Source: an uncultured Gammaproteobacteria bacterium (GTDB lineage Bacteria; Patescibacteriota; Microgenomatia; CAYGWK01). Taken from it: a DNA stretch of 64,000 nucleotides. Made by a program: the position numbers and the translations under genes. Under the pieces are notes generated by a model that saw nothing but the letters and a program-made list of their open reading frames with translations, did no database searches and was not told where the DNA came from. The stretch spans positions 40,293 to 104,292 of the forward strand of contig CAYGWK010000002.1 in NCBI GenBank assembly GCA_964353785.1, in the 5' to 3' direction. Below are positions 47,953 through 58,288 of the stretch, piece by piece. The first letter of the stretch is position 1. Each line of letters starts with the position of its first letter.

Positions 47953-48479
47953 TTCTTAAGTCTTCCTAAAATGTCTTGGTGAATTTCTTCAATTGGCCGT
48001 TCCCCCCAAACCGCCAACAAAATCCCCTTTTGCCGATAAAATTCTAAAACTGGTTCGGTTTGATGATGATAAATTTCTAACCGCTTTTTAATTAATTCCG
48101 GAGTGTCGTCTTTTCTTTCCCTCTTAAGTAAACGTTTCATATTCTCCTCGTCGGAGACATCAACGTAAATCACCATATCTTGAGGAAATTGAAAATCCCG
48201 AGCCTGAGAAAGCGATCTCGGAAATCCGTCAATCACCACTCCATTTTTATAACTTGGAGATTTTAGTTGTTCGCTTATGATATCAACCGTCAGTCTCCCC
48301 TCAACCAAACTTCCAGTTTCCATTGCCTCCTTAATCTTTCGTCCTCTTTCTGAGTTTTCTTGGGAAAGATAATAAAGTAAGTCACCTGCCTCAAGACAAG
48401 GAACGCTAAGAAACTCCGCTAAAAGTTTTGCCTGGGTTGATTTACCAGAACCAGGTGGTCCCATGATTATAATATTCAT
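47949..48479 (-). CDS. adk: adenylate kinase (short-LID form)
   Basis: P-loop GPPGSGKST, 176 aa. Confidence 0.9.
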   Translation of the reverse strand: MNIIIMGPPGSGKSTQAKLLAEFLSVPCLEAGDLLYYLSQENSERGRKIKEAMETGSLVEGRLTVDIISEQLKSPSYKNGVVIDGFPRSLSQARDFQFPQDMVIYVDVSDEENMKRLLKRERKDDTPELIKKRLEIYHHQTEPVLEFYRQKGILLAVWGERPIEEIHQDILGRLKK

Positions 48480-49772
48480 TTAATATCCCTCCAAAAACTT
48501 TTCGTAACCTCGCATTTGAATCATGTTTTCAATTACTTTAACTGTCTCCAAAACCACCGAGACGACAATTAATATTCCCGTTCCGCCAATGGTTAAAGTC
48601 GCCACCCCAGTCATTCCTTGGGCAATCGAGGGCAAAACGGCGATAAGTCCCAAAAAGATGGCCCCGGCCAAAGTAATTCTAGTTAAAATCCAATTTAAAA
48701 AGTCTGCCGTTGGCGGTCCAGGACGAATTCCCGGAATAAACCCTCCATATTTTTTAATCTCGTCAGCAATTTTTGTCGGATTAAAAATAACCGCAGTGTA
48801 AAAATAGGTAAAACCAACTACCAGGAAAAAGTAGGTAAGATTGTAGATAAAACTTCCGGGGTTAAAAAGAGTAGCCAGCGAGCGAGCAATTGTGGAGATG
48901 GTTGGGTTTGGAACTTGCTCTAAAAATCTGCCAAACATTGAGGGGAGCAAAACTAAAGAGATGGCAAAAATAATAGGAATCACCCCGGCTTGGTTAACCC
49001 GTAAAGGTAAATAGGTGCTTTGACCGCCATACATTCGGCCACCCCTTATTCTTTTAGCATATTCAACCCGAATTTGGCGCGAAGCCTCATTAACAATAGT
49101 AATTGCCCCAATGACCAAAACCGCCATTACCAGAAAAACCAAAAGATTAAAAAAGTTTTGGGCTTCAAAAGTGGCCAAGGTCTGACCTAAAGCCACCGGA
49201 AATCGACCAACAATTCCGGCAAAAATAAGAAGAGAAATCCCATTGCCAATCCCCTCTTCTGAAATAAGTTCTCCAAGCCACATTAGAAAAATCGTTCCAC
49301 AAGTCATCGTCGTCACCATTGAAAGAATTTGTAAAGGAGAAAGACTCCCCATTATTCCTTGATTTTTCAAAAGGGCATACATTCCCAAAGCCTGAAGAGC
49401 GGCCAGAGGAACAGTCAAAATTCTGGTGTATTGATTAATCTTTTCCCGACCATATTCTCCTTCTTTTGAAAGCTCCTCAAGGCGAGGAAAAACCATCGTT
49501 AAAAGTTGAAAAATAATCGAGGCGTTAATATAAGGATTAAGCCCTAAAGCCATAACCGAGAAATTTGCCAGAGTGCCGCCAGAGAAGATATCTAAAAGTC
49601 CTAAAAACTGACTTCTTTGAAAAAGAGCTCGCAAAGAGGCAAGATCAACTCCAGGAACAGGAATGTGGGCCGCCAGCCTGAAAATGACAAAAATTCCGGC
49701 AGTAAAAAGAAGTTTCTTTCGAAGATCTGGAATTTTAAAAGCGGTGGTCAAGATTTCAATAATCTTATTCAT
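48480..49772 (-). CDS. secY: preprotein translocase SecY
   Basis: 10-TM SecY family, conserved plug/hinge motifs. Confidence 0.95.
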   Translation of the reverse strand: MNKIIEILTTAFKIPDLRKKLLFTAGIFVIFRLAAHIPVPGVDLASLRALFQRSQFLGLLDIFSGGTLANFSVMALGLNPYINASIIFQLLTMVFPRLEELSKEGEYGREKINQYTRILTVPLAALQALGMYALLKNQGIMGSLSPLQILSMVTTMTCGTIFLMWLGELISEEGIGNGISLLIFAGIVGRFPVALGQTLATFEAQNFFNLLVFLVMAVLVIGAITIVNEASRQIRVEYAKRIRGGRMYGGQSTYLPLRVNQAGVIPIIFAISLVLLPSMFGRFLEQVPNPTISTIARSLATLFNPGSFIYNLTYFFLVVGFTYFYTAVIFNPTKIADEIKKYGGFIPGIRPGPPTADFLNWILTRITLAGAIFLGLIAVLPSIAQGMTGVATLTIGGTGILIVVSVVLETVKVIENMIQMRGYEKFLEGY

Positions 49773-50233
49773 TTCTTTTTCTGGGAAAGTTCCACCTTTC
49801 CCCCTGCTTCCTCTATTTTTTTCTTTGCCCCTTTTGAGCAGGGAAGTAAAACTTTTAGAGGAATATTAAGTTTTCCCTCACCTAAAATTTTAACACCTAA
49901 TGCTTTCCCATCTTCAAGTTTTATTATTCCTTTCTCGCTCAAGGTCTTAACCGTTACTTCTTCTTTTGGAGAAAAAAGATTTAAATATTTAAGGTTAACC
50001 ACAACTGATTTCTTTGAAACCGGTTTAAATTTGCCTTTACCCCTAAGCAAGGGCAGTCTTTTAAGAAGAGACTTTTTAATCTTTGTTCCTTCAAAAAGAA
50101 GAGGCACTTTTCCTCGAGCCTTCTGGCCTTTGGCACCCCGACCGACGGTGTGACCACCCTTACCAGAACCGATTCCTCGGCCAATTCGTTTCTTCTTTTT
50201 CGTTTTAATTTTAGGGAGTTTTTCTAGTTTCAT
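49769..50233 (-). CDS. rplO: 50S ribosomal protein L15 (directly follows S5; no L30 gene)
   Basis: L15 family; overlaps rpsE by 23 nt leaving no room for rpmD. Confidence 0.9.
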   Translation of the reverse strand: MKLEKLPKIKTKKKKRIGRGIGSGKGGHTVGRGAKGQKARGKVPLLFEGTKIKKSLLKRLPLLRGKGKFKPVSKKSVVVNLKYLNLFSPKEEVTVKTLSEKGIIKLEDGKALGVKILGEGKLNIPLKVLLPCSKGAKKKIEEAGGKVELSQKKK

Positions 50234-50699
50234 GGCTTTGTAACCTCTTCAGGGCTTCAAAAGTGGCATAAACATTTGAAGCCTGATTTCGAGTTCCTAA
50301 AATCTTAGAAACTATATCTTTAATTCCGGCCGCCTCAACAACGGAACGGACCGCCCCGCCGGCAATCACCCCTGAACCTTTTGGGGCAGGCTTAAGCAAA
50401 ACTTTGGCTGCTCCTAGTTTAACAAAAATTTGGTGGGGAATAGTTGTATCTTTGAGGGAAACAGAGATTAAATGTTTTTTAGCGTAATTTGTTCCTTTTA
50501 AAACTGCCGAGGAGACATCAGTCGCCCTACCTAAACCAACGCCAACCTTTCCCTTTTTGTCCCCAACCACCACCAAAACCGAAAAGGCAATTCTATTTCC
50601 TCCTTTTGTTTTTTTAGAAACCCTATTTACCTGAACTACTTTCTCCTCAAACTCTTCTTCGGTTTTTACTTCTTGGGAAATTTTTGGTTTTTGAAACAT
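50211..50699 (-). CDS. rpsE: 30S ribosomal protein S5
   Basis: S5 dsRBD plus C-terminal domain sequence. Confidence 0.9.
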   Translation of the reverse strand: MFQKPKISQEVKTEEEFEEKVVQVNRVSKKTKGGNRIAFSVLVVVGDKKGKVGVGLGRATDVSSAVLKGTNYAKKHLISVSLKDTTIPHQIFVKLGAAKVLLKPAPKGSGVIAGGAVRSVVEAAGIKDIVSKILGTRNQASNVYATFEALKRLQSHETRKTP

Positions 50700-50701
50700 C
50701 G

Positions 50702-51016
50702 TCAGAATTCTAAACCTCCTTCTTTAGCACCTTCGGCTAAGGCCTTAACTCGACCATGATATTTAAATTTTCCTCGGTCAAAATGGACCTTCTTAATTCC
50801 AATCTTTAAGGCTTTCTCGGCTAAAAGTTTTCCCACAAGTCTGGCTTTCTCCATTTTAAATTTCTCTGTGTTTCTTGTTTTCTTTTGTGTTTCCTGTGTT
50901 GCAAGTTTCTGATCGCTTGCCGAAACCAGAGTCTTGCCCTTTTCATCATCAATGACTTGAGCATAAATATATTTATTTGAACGAAAAACTGAGAGTCTTG
51001 TAAGTTTTCTTTTCAC
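50702..51016 (-). CDS. rplR: 50S ribosomal protein L18
   Basis: L18 family. Confidence 0.85.
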   Translation of the reverse strand: MKRKLTRLSVFRSNKYIYAQVIDDEKGKTLVSASDQKLATQETQKKTRNTEKFKMEKARLVGKLLAEKALKIGIKKVHFDRGKFKYHGRVKALAEGAKEGGLEF

Positions 51017-51591
51017 TGGTTTTCTCCTTTCGTTGGAACGCCAATTCCCGCAATTCCAACCTTAACTTGCTTTCCAGGTTTAAGTTTTACTGTTTCTCCT
51101 TCGTAGCGAATTCCTTTTCCTTTATAGGAATCTGGGGGTTTAATCCCCCTAATCCTGGCGGCCACCCGTCCAACCAAAGCTTTATCTGCTCCTAAAACTT
51201 GGATTTTTTTCTCCGAGACAGAAAAAGAAATTCCCGGAGGTGGAACAACCTCAATTGGATGAGAAAAACCCAAAGACAAGGAAAGTCTTTCTCCAGAAAG
51301 AGCAGCCCTAAAACCTGTTCCTTCAACCTCTAAGGTTTTTGACCAACCTTCTTTTACTCCTTTAATCATGTTAGCAAGAAGATTGCGAATTGTTCCTTGA
51401 AGGGTTTTGGCCGCTCTTGACTTGGTTTTTTGAGAAACCAAAATTTGATTTCCTCTAATCTCAACTTTTATCTCCGAGGGCAACTTTTGGGAGAGTGAAC
51501 CTTTTGGTCCGCTCGCCTGAACTTCTCCGTCTCTCGCCTCAACGGTTACTTCTTGGAGAATTTCTATTGGTTTTTTTCCGATTTTTGACAC
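51013..51591 (-). CDS. rplF: 50S ribosomal protein L6
   Basis: L6 two-domain sequence. Confidence 0.9.
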   Translation of the reverse strand: MSKIGKKPIEILQEVTVEARDGEVQASGPKGSLSQKLPSEIKVEIRGNQILVSQKTKSRAAKTLQGTIRNLLANMIKGVKEGWSKTLEVEGTGFRAALSGERLSLSLGFSHPIEVVPPPGISFSVSEKKIQVLGADKALVGRVAARIRGIKPPDSYKGKGIRYEGETVKLKPGKQVKVGIAGIGVPTKGENQ

Positions 51592-51601
51592 AATTTTTCC
51601 T

Positions 51602-51997
51602 TTACCAAACTTTGCAAATAACTTCTCCGCCTAAATTTTTCTTTCTTGCCTCCTTGTCAGTCACGAGTCCCAAGGAGGTAGAGATAATACTTATCCCAAG
51701 TCCCCTCGATAATTCTTTTAACTTTTTGGCTTTAAAATAAACCCTAATCCCGGGCTTTGAAATAATTTTCACTCCCGCCATAGCAGGCTTTTTATTTTTA
51801 TAAGCCAGCTCTATATTTAAGATTTTAAATTTTTTCTCTTTCGGTTTTTCAACTTCTACTTTTGCTAAAAAACCTTCCCGAGCCAAAATTTTTGCCAATT
51901 TTTCTCCTAAACTAAAATAGGGAAGTTCAATAGTCTTTCGTCTTGCCAAATAGGCATTTTTTATTCTTATTAACATATCAGAAACTCTATCGGTCAT
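51602..51997 (-). CDS. rpsH: 30S ribosomal protein S8
   Basis: S8 family. Confidence 0.9.
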   Translation of the reverse strand: MTDRVSDMLIRIKNAYLARRKTIELPYFSLGEKLAKILAREGFLAKVEVEKPKEKKFKILNIELAYKNKKPAMAGVKIISKPGIRVYFKAKKLKELSRGLGISIISTSLGLVTDKEARKKNLGGEVICKVW

Positions 51998-52003
51998 AGT
52001 TTT

Positions 52004-52195
52004 TTACCAGGAGGCCTTTTTTACCCCTGGCAATTCTCCTTTATGGGCAAGTTCTCTAAAACAAAGTCGACAGAGTCCAAAAAGCCGTAAATAGCCCCTT
52101 GGTCTGCCACAGAGAGCACAGCGGTTTCGAAATCGAATTTCGTATTTTAATTTTTTTAAATTTTTTTGTTTGATTACTTTGGATTTTTTGGCCAT
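52004..52195 (-). CDS. rpsZ: 30S ribosomal protein S14 type Z (zinc-binding)
   Basis: 61-aa form with CxxC…CxxC. Confidence 0.9.
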   Translation of the reverse strand: MAKKSKVIKQKNLKKLKYEIRFRNRCALCGRPRGYLRLFGLCRLCFRELAHKGELPGVKKASW

Positions 52196-52714
52196 TTACT
52201 CCCCCTTTCTAAATGGTGCACCTAAAGATTCAAGTAAAACTTTCCCCTCTTCATCTGCTTTAGCGTTTGTGACAATTGTTACTTCAAGACCAAATATTTT
52301 TTCAGTTTTTGAAAATTCTGCTTCGGGAAAAACCGAATGCTCCTTTATTCCAATTGTATAATTTCCCCCTCCATCAAAACCTCTTTCAGAAAGCCCGCGA
52401 AAATCTCGAACCCTCGGCAAAACGATAGAAAAAAGTTTTTTTAGAAAATCTGCCATTTTCTTTCCTCGTAAAGTCACCATCAAACCAATTGGTGCCCCTT
52501 TTACAAGTTTAAAACCGGCAATTGATTTTTTGGCCCGACAAACTTTTGGTCGCTGCCCGGTTATTTTTGCCAATTCCTCTGAAACCTTGGTAAGTATCGC
52601 TTCATCGCGAGGGGCCTCTTTTATCCCCACGTTAACAACTACTTTTAAAACTCTAGGCTTTGTCAAAATATTTTCTTTCTCCATTTTTAAATCACCTCTT
52701 GGCATTTTTTGCAA
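52196..52714 (-). CDS. rplE: 50S ribosomal protein L5
   Basis: L5 family. Confidence 0.9.
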   Translation of the reverse strand: MQKMPRGDLKMEKENILTKPRVLKVVVNVGIKEAPRDEAILTKVSEELAKITGQRPKVCRAKKSIAGFKLVKGAPIGLMVTLRGKKMADFLKKLFSIVLPRVRDFRGLSERGFDGGGNYTIGIKEHSVFPEAEFSKTEKIFGLEVTIVTNAKADEEGKVLLESLGAPFRKGE

Positions 52715-52992
52715 ATCCTTACCTTTCCGTCTTTTAAAATCTTAAATCCAACTTTAGCTGGTTTTCCACATTTTGGGCAAATTAAAACTACCGATGAAGA
52801 GGATATTGGAACAACAATATCGACTATTCCTCCAGCCTGACCTCCTTTTTGAGCCCGGGCGTGCTTTTTATAAATATTTATCCCAGAAACCAAAATTTTT
52901 CCTTTTTTGAGAAAAATCTTTTCAATAGTTCCCTGCCTATCTTTATCTTTTCCTGTAGTAATTTTTACCTTATCGCCTTTTTTCAATCTCAT
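52687..52992 (-). CDS. rplX: 50S ribosomal protein L24 with C-terminal CxxC…CxxC zinc-ribbon
   Basis: KOW motif GDKVKITTGKDKDRQG; C-term CPKCGKPAKVGF…CKKCQ. Confidence 0.9.
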   Translation of the reverse strand: MRLKKGDKVKITTGKDKDRQGTIEKIFLKKGKILVSGINIYKKHARAQKGGQAGGIVDIVVPISSSSVVLICPKCGKPAKVGFKILKDGKVRICKKCQEVI

Positions 52993-53345
52993 ACCAACTC
53001 CTCTGCCAAAGAGGCAATTTTTGAAAATCCTTTTTCTTTGACTTCCCTGGCTACTGGTCCAAAAATTCTTGAACCCAGCGGATTTCTATCTTTATCAACT
53101 AAAACCGCGGCGTTATCATCAAAACGGACATAGGAACCATCTAATCTTTTGAATTCTTTTTTGGTTCTGACAATTAGGGCTTTGACAATTTGTGAGTCGG
53201 AAACTACTCCACTTGGGTTAGACTCGTCAACCACGCAAGTGACCACATCGCCAATTTTGGCAAATCGCCTTTTAGTCTGAATTACCCGAAATCTTTTTGC
53301 TCCGGTGTTATCGGCAGGAACTAAAATTGAGTGTAATTGAATCAT
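52989..53345 (-). CDS. rplN: 50S ribosomal protein L14
   Basis: L14 family. Confidence 0.9.
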   Translation of the reverse strand: MIQLHSILVPADNTGAKRFRVIQTKRRFAKIGDVVTCVVDESNPSGVVSDSQIVKALIVRTKKEFKRLDGSYVRFDDNAAVLVDKDRNPLGSRIFGPVAREVKEKGFSKIASLAEELV

Positions 53346-53572
53346 TTTTTAATCACCTCTACTGTCCTCCACCTCTTAGTTTTTGAGAAAGGCCTGCTTT
53401 CCACAAATTTAACCTCATCCCCCACTTTTACCCCCAATAGATCTTCAACATGGTATTTTTTGGCAAATTTTACTCTTTTTCTGTAAAGAGGATGAATTTT
53501 TTGCCTTAAAACCAAAACAGTGGCTGTTTTTGCCATTTTGGCGGAAACAACTTTACCTTTGAATTCTTTCAT
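53342..53572 (-). CDS. rpsQ: 30S ribosomal protein S17
   Basis: S17 OB fold. Confidence 0.9.
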   Translation of the reverse strand: MKEFKGKVVSAKMAKTATVLVLRQKIHPLYRKRVKFAKKYHVEDLLGVKVGDEVKFVESRPFSKTKRWRTVEVIKK

Positions 53573-53819
53573 TTTTTTTACCCGCTGTAGCTTTAGCGAT
53601 GGCGGGCTCTCCTTTTAAAATTTCTTTTTCTTTAATTATGGTTAAAATTTGGGCTATCTCATCTCTTTTTCGGGCCAGAGCTTTAACATTTTTAGTTTTT
53701 CCGCTCGCCAAGTCTGTTCTTAACTTGACTAAAGAGAGCCTTTCCTCCCCAAGTATTTTTTCTAACTCCTCTTTGGTCTTCTCGTGTAATGCTTTTATCT
53801 CTTTTCTTTTCATAATCAT
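53553..53819 (-). CDS. rpmC: 50S ribosomal protein L29 (with C-terminal extension)
   Basis: L29 helical hairpin N-terminal 60 aa. Confidence 0.8.
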   Translation of the reverse strand: MIMKRKEIKALHEKTKEELEKILGEERLSLVKLRTDLASGKTKNVKALARKRDEIAQILTIIKEKEILKGEPAIAKATAGKKNERIQR

Positions 53820-54229
53820 AGATTTTTGCTGACAAAACGAGTTTTCAGAGGAAGTTTGTCAGCCGCTCTACCTAGGGCTCTTTTTGCTTCCCCAAAGGGA
53901 ATACCGGAAACTTCAAAAATTATCCTTCCGGCCGAAACTGGAATGACAAAGCCGACAACCTCCCCTTTGCCTGAACCCATCCCCATTCCGGCGGGCTTTT
54001 TGGTAATTGGCTTGTCGGGAAAAACTCGAATCCAAATCTTTCCCCCTTTGCGAGTGAAAAAAGAAATGGCCCGGCGGGATGCCTCAATCTGCTTCTCGCT
54101 AAGTATTCCTCTTGAAACCGCCTTTAGACCAAATTCACCAAAGGCAATTTCCGAGCCTTTTTGGGCTAAGGATAAAAGTTTCCTTCTTCGAAATTGTTTT
54201 TTATATTTTTGTTTTTTTGGTTGAAGCAT
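53816..54229 (-). CDS. rplP: 50S ribosomal protein L16
   Basis: L16/L10e family. Confidence 0.9.
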   Translation of the reverse strand: MLQPKKQKYKKQFRRRKLLSLAQKGSEIAFGEFGLKAVSRGILSEKQIEASRRAISFFTRKGGKIWIRVFPDKPITKKPAGMGMGSGKGEVVGFVIPVSAGRIIFEVSGIPFGEAKRALGRAADKLPLKTRFVSKNL

Positions 54230-54864
54230 TACTCTCCTTTATATATCCAAACCTTAACCCCAATATATCCAGACCGGGTCAAGGCGGCGGTTTTGGCAAA
54301 ATCAATATCTGCCCTAATCGTTGATAAAGGAAGTTTTCCCTTAACGAATCTTTCTCGGCGGGAAATCTCTGCTCCAGCTATTCGGCCAGAAAGAACAATT
54401 TTTATCCCTTTTGCCCCAGCACTCATCACTCTTTCGATTGTCTTCCTAATCACCCTTCGGTGGGGAAAACGTCTTTCAAGTTCGCTGGCAATCCGGGTGG
54501 CAACCAAAATAGCGGAAAGTTCAGGGTCAGAAACCTCAACTACTTCAATCTGAACATTTTTTTCAGGTTCAGGTAAAGAAACGAGGGGGATTATCATTTT
54601 TTTCAACTCCTCAAGCCCCGAACCTCCCCGACCAATAACTACCCCGGGCCTTGAAACATGAATGGTAATTTTCATTTTATGGATTAACCGATCAATGTTC
54701 ACCCCGACTATTCCGGCTAATTTTAACTTTTCAAATAAAAACTTCCGGATATGCAAGTCCTCAAGCAAATTTTTAGGATACTCTCTTTTGCCGGCAAACC
54801 AAGTTGACTGCCAGGATTTTTTTGTTCCGAGCCTGAAACCAATTGGATTAACCTTTTGCCCCAT
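54229..54864 (-). CDS. rpsC: 30S ribosomal protein S3 (start MGQKVNPIGFRLG; ORF track extends to 54906)
   Basis: KH domain N-terminus of S3. Confidence 0.9.
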   Translation of the reverse strand: MGQKVNPIGFRLGTKKSWQSTWFAGKREYPKNLLEDLHIRKFLFEKLKLAGIVGVNIDRLIHKMKITIHVSRPGVVIGRGGSGLEELKKMIIPLVSLPEPEKNVQIEVVEVSDPELSAILVATRIASELERRFPHRRVIRKTIERVMSAGAKGIKIVLSGRIAGAEISRRERFVKGKLPLSTIRADIDFAKTAALTRSGYIGVKVWIYKGE

Positions 54865-55216
54865 TTTTTTTACCTTTCTCCACTTTTTCCGGTGCTTCCA
54901 AAACAATCATAATATGACTGGTTCTTTTTTTAATTGGGTGAGCCTGGCCCCTTGAGACTGGTTGCCATCTTTTATATATCGACCCTTCGTTAATTTGGAT
55001 TTCTTTAATTTTTAAATCCTCCTCGGCAAGATTAAAATTGTTTTTGGCGTTTGATATTGCCTGTTTTAAAGTCTCCTTAAGAACTTTCCCTTTTTTCCCT
55101 GCTTGAGAAAGAAAAATAAGGGCCAATTTTGCTTTTTGGCCACAAATTTTTTCTGCGACGAGGCGCAGTTTTTGCGGGCTTGCTCTAACAAAACTTGAGC
55201 GAGCGATAATTTCCAT
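54848..55216 (-). CDS. rplV: 50S ribosomal protein L22
   Basis: L22 family. Confidence 0.9.
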   Translation of the reverse strand: MEIIARSSFVRASPQKLRLVAEKICGQKAKLALIFLSQAGKKGKVLKETLKQAISNAKNNFNLAEEDLKIKEIQINEGSIYKRWQPVSRGQAHPIKKRTSHIMIVLEAPEKVEKGKKNGAKG

Positions 55217-55501
55217 TTAAGTTTTCTCCAAAATTCTCTTAACAACTTGACCGTGGCCTCGAAAAGTTCGGGTTGGAGCAAATTCACCAAGTCTGTGTCC
55301 AACCATCGCTTCGGTCACAAAAATTTCTTTAAAATCTCGACCGGTATGAACCAAAAATTTCTGGCCAACAAACTCGGGTGGAATTTGGCTCGCCCTTGCC
55401 CAGGTTTTAATTGGCTCTCTCAAATCTTTGGTTTTTTGAGCCTGAACTTTTTTTAGTAATTTAGGGTCTACGTATGGACCTTTTTTAGATGAACGAGACA
55501 T
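55217..55501 (-). CDS. rpsS: 30S ribosomal protein S19
   Basis: S19 family [13 protein letters not shown]. Confidence 0.9.
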   Translation of the reverse strand: MSRSSKKGPYVDPKLLKKVQAQKTKDLREPIKTWARASQIPPEFVGQKFLVHTGRDFKEIFVTEAMVGHRLGEFAPTRTFRGHGQVVKRILEKT

Positions 55502-55508
55502 ATTATGC

Positions 55509-56270
55509 TTATTTCCTCCGATTAATAATCAATTTATCGCTATATTTTTTCTTCTTTCTAGTTCTCTTTCCCAGGGTTGGTTTTCCCCAGGGAGATTTAG
55601 GGCCAGGCATACCAATTCCAGACCGACCTTCTCCGCCTCCATGAGGATGGGAGTGCGGATTTTGAGCTGTTCCTCGAACTGTTGGTTTTATTCCCATATG
55701 TCTTTTTCTGCCGGCTTTGCCAAGTTTTCTGATCTTCCAGGAAAGACCGCTAACCTGACCAATGGTGGCGAAACATAAGAGGGGAATTTTTCTTGTCTCT
55801 CCAGAAGGAAGTTTAACCACGGCAAATTCTTCCTCTTTAGCCAAGATGGTGGCGAAGCTGCCCGCAGACCTTATAATCTGCCCACCTTTCCCCGGAGTAA
55901 GCTCAAAATTGTGAATTGGAGTTCCAATAGGAATTTTTGCCAAAGGCAGGTGATTACCAATTTTTACTTCAACCTCGCTACCTGAGACTACCTCATCCCC
56001 AACTTTTAGTCCTTCGGGAGCCAGAATGTAGCGTTTTTCTCCATCTTGATAGTTTAAAAGAGCCAAATTAGCGCTTCTATTTGGGTCATATTCAAAGGCC
56101 AAAACCTGGGCTGGCACTCCAATTTTTTCTCTCTTAAAGTCCACCTCACGCATGTATCTTTTTTCCCTGCCGGCTTGATGACGAACTGCTAGCTTTCCAG
56201 CTGAAGCCCTGCCGGCCTTCTTTTTAAGAATTCTAATTAAAGATTTTTCAGGTTCAGTTTTAGTTATCAT
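55509..56270 (-). CDS. rplB: 50S ribosomal protein L2
   Basis: L2 family, conserved His-containing C-terminal region. Confidence 0.95.
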   Translation of the reverse strand: MITKTEPEKSLIRILKKKAGRASAGKLAVRHQAGREKRYMREVDFKREKIGVPAQVLAFEYDPNRSANLALLNYQDGEKRYILAPEGLKVGDEVVSGSEVEVKIGNHLPLAKIPIGTPIHNFELTPGKGGQIIRSAGSFATILAKEEEFAVVKLPSGETRKIPLLCFATIGQVSGLSWKIRKLGKAGRKRHMGIKPTVRGTAQNPHSHPHGGGEGRSGIGMPGPKSPWGKPTLGKRTRKKKKYSDKLIINRRK

Positions 56271-56575
56271 TTCTTTTCTTCCTTCTTGCCGGTTTCAAAA
56301 ATATCAATTTTTTGCCCTTCAGCGACTCTGACAATGGCTTTTTTAAAATCAGCCAACCGATATCTTTTCCTGGTTCGCATAGCGCGCCTGGTTTTTCCTT
56401 TAACAATTGCTGTTCTGACTTTTTCTACCTTAACCCCAAAAACTTCTTCAACTACCTTGGCAATTTCTCTCTTCCTGGCTTTTTTATCTACCATAAAGGT
56501 GTATTCCCGAAAACCCGAAGCTTCAAGTGACTTTTCCGAGATTATTGGTTTTTTTAAAATTAATCCTTGGTCCAT
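56267..56575 (-). CDS. rplW: 50S ribosomal protein L23
   Basis: L23 family. Confidence 0.9.
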   Translation of the reverse strand: MDQGLILKKPIISEKSLEASGFREYTFMVDKKARKREIAKVVEEVFGVKVEKVRTAIVKGKTRRAMRTRKRYRLADFKKAIVRVAEGQKIDIFETGKKEEKK

Positions 56576-57195
56576 TTTTCCTCCAAAGCTTTAAGTGTCT
56601 CTCTCGATATTAAAATTTTTCTGGCTTTTAAGACCTCATAAGTGTTTAAAGATTGCGCTTGAATCATCTTCAAAAAAGAAATATTTCTAATCGCTTGGTT
56701 TACATTTTCAGTTTTTTCAGAGAGAACAAGTAAAATATTCTTTTTTTTATCAGGAACAATTTTCTCAAGCATTGAAACCACCTCTTTTGTTTTTTTTGCT
56801 TTCTCCAGTCCTTCAACCACAATTATTTCTTTATCGTGCGCTTTGGCGGATAAAGCAGACAAAAGAGCAGTTCGACGCATTTTCTCAGGCATTACCTTTT
56901 TATAATTCTCTCTTCCAGTTGGCCCATGAGCCCGGCCACCGCCAACAAAAATTGGAGCAGACCGCGCCCCATGGCGAGCCCGACCCGTTCCTTTTTGGCG
57001 GTACCACTTGGCTTTGGTTCGCTTGACCTCGCTTCTGGTTTTAGTTTTTGCTCGGGCTTCTCTTTGATTTGAAAGAAAAACTCGCACCGCTTGGGCCATA
57101 AGAGCCGGGTTTGGTTTTGCCCCAAAAATCTTTGCGGGCAGGGAAATTTTTGGTTTTTTTGTTCCTGATAAACTGATTACCTCTGCATAAATCAT
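56560..57195 (-). CDS. rplD: 50S ribosomal protein L4
   Basis: L4 family. Confidence 0.9.
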   Translation of the reverse strand: MIYAEVISLSGTKKPKISLPAKIFGAKPNPALMAQAVRVFLSNQREARAKTKTRSEVKRTKAKWYRQKGTGRARHGARSAPIFVGGGRAHGPTGRENYKKVMPEKMRRTALLSALSAKAHDKEIIVVEGLEKAKKTKEVVSMLEKIVPDKKKNILLVLSEKTENVNQAIRNISFLKMIQAQSLNTYEVLKARKILISRETLKALEEKWTKD

Positions 57196-57824
57196 GTTTG
57201 TTCGCCAACCTTTTTAATAATTAGAAGTCCCTTTTTTGCTCCAGGGACTAAACCTTTAACTAAAAGTAAATTCTTCTCCGGGTCAATTTCAAATACGCTC
57301 AAGTTTTTAATTGTCACTCTCTCTTGTCCCATTCTTCCCGCCATTTTCTTCCCTTTTAAAACCCTTCCTGGGGTGGTGGTTGAACCAATTGAACCTGGGG
57401 CTCTTTCTCTGTCTGATTGACCATGAGTTCGCGGCCCGCCAGCAAAACCCCATCTTTTAACCACGCCAGCAAAACCTTTTCCTTTTGAGATTCCAGTGAC
57501 GTCAACAGTGTCTCCAGGTTTTAAAACATCCCCAACCTTTATTTCGTCTCCAACTTTCAGATTAGCATTGATTTCTTCCTGATTAGCGGAGACTTCTCGT
57601 AAAAAGCGGGGAATAACTTTTAACCCCGCTTTTTTGATATGTCCCAAAATTGGTTTTAAGGTTTTCTTTTCTTTTCTTTCGCCAAATCCAAGCTGAACCG
57701 CCCCAGGTTTAACCTCAACCACGAAACAGGGACCAGCCTGAATTTCCGTTACCGGAATCCGCTGGCCGTCGCTTAAAAATTTTTGCGTCTGTCCTAATTT
57801 TATTCCTAAAATTGAATTAATCAT
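57192..57824 (-). CDS. rplC: 50S ribosomal protein L3
   Basis: L3 family. Confidence 0.9.
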   Translation of the reverse strand: MINSILGIKLGQTQKFLSDGQRIPVTEIQAGPCFVVEVKPGAVQLGFGERKEKKTLKPILGHIKKAGLKVIPRFLREVSANQEEINANLKVGDEIKVGDVLKPGDTVDVTGISKGKGFAGVVKRWGFAGGPRTHGQSDRERAPGSIGSTTTPGRVLKGKKMAGRMGQERVTIKNLSVFEIDPEKNLLLVKGLVPGAKKGLLIIKKVGEQT

Positions 57825-57977
57825 TTCTCTGTTTCAGGCACCAAAAAAGGTGCCGCTGGCACCCTCTCAAAAACTTGTGCCAAGCCGAAAAATTACTCTT
57901 TAATCGGGTGAAATCACCTCCATTTCGATTTGGAAATATTATACAAAAAGAAGCAATAAAATGCAAATCAGGCTGAT

Positions 57978-58286
57978 TTACATCTTAATTTCAATATCAA
58001 CCCCGGCTGGAAGATCTAAATGTTGAAGGGAGTCAATGGTTTTTTCCGTGGGCTCTAAAATATCAATTAAGCGCTTGTGGGTTAGAATTTCAAAATGTTC
58101 TCGGGCGTCTTTGTCAGTATGAGGTGAGGTAGTAACAGCAATTAATTTTCTATCAGTAGGAAGGGGAATTGGGCCGGAGATTTTTGCGCCGGAGGAAAGG
58201 GCCGCCTCCAAAATTTTGGTAGCAGCCTCATCTATAACCCTGTGGTCGTAAGATTTTAAACGTACCCTAATGCGCCCCTTTGGCAT
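57978..58286 (-). CDS. rpsJ: 30S ribosomal protein S10
   Basis: S10 family. Confidence 0.9.
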   Translation of the reverse strand: MPKGRIRVRLKSYDHRVIDEAATKILEAALSSGAKISGPIPLPTDRKLIAVTTSPHTDKDAREHFEILTHKRLIDILEPTEKTIDSLQHLDLPAGVDIEIKM

Positions 58287-58288
58287 TT

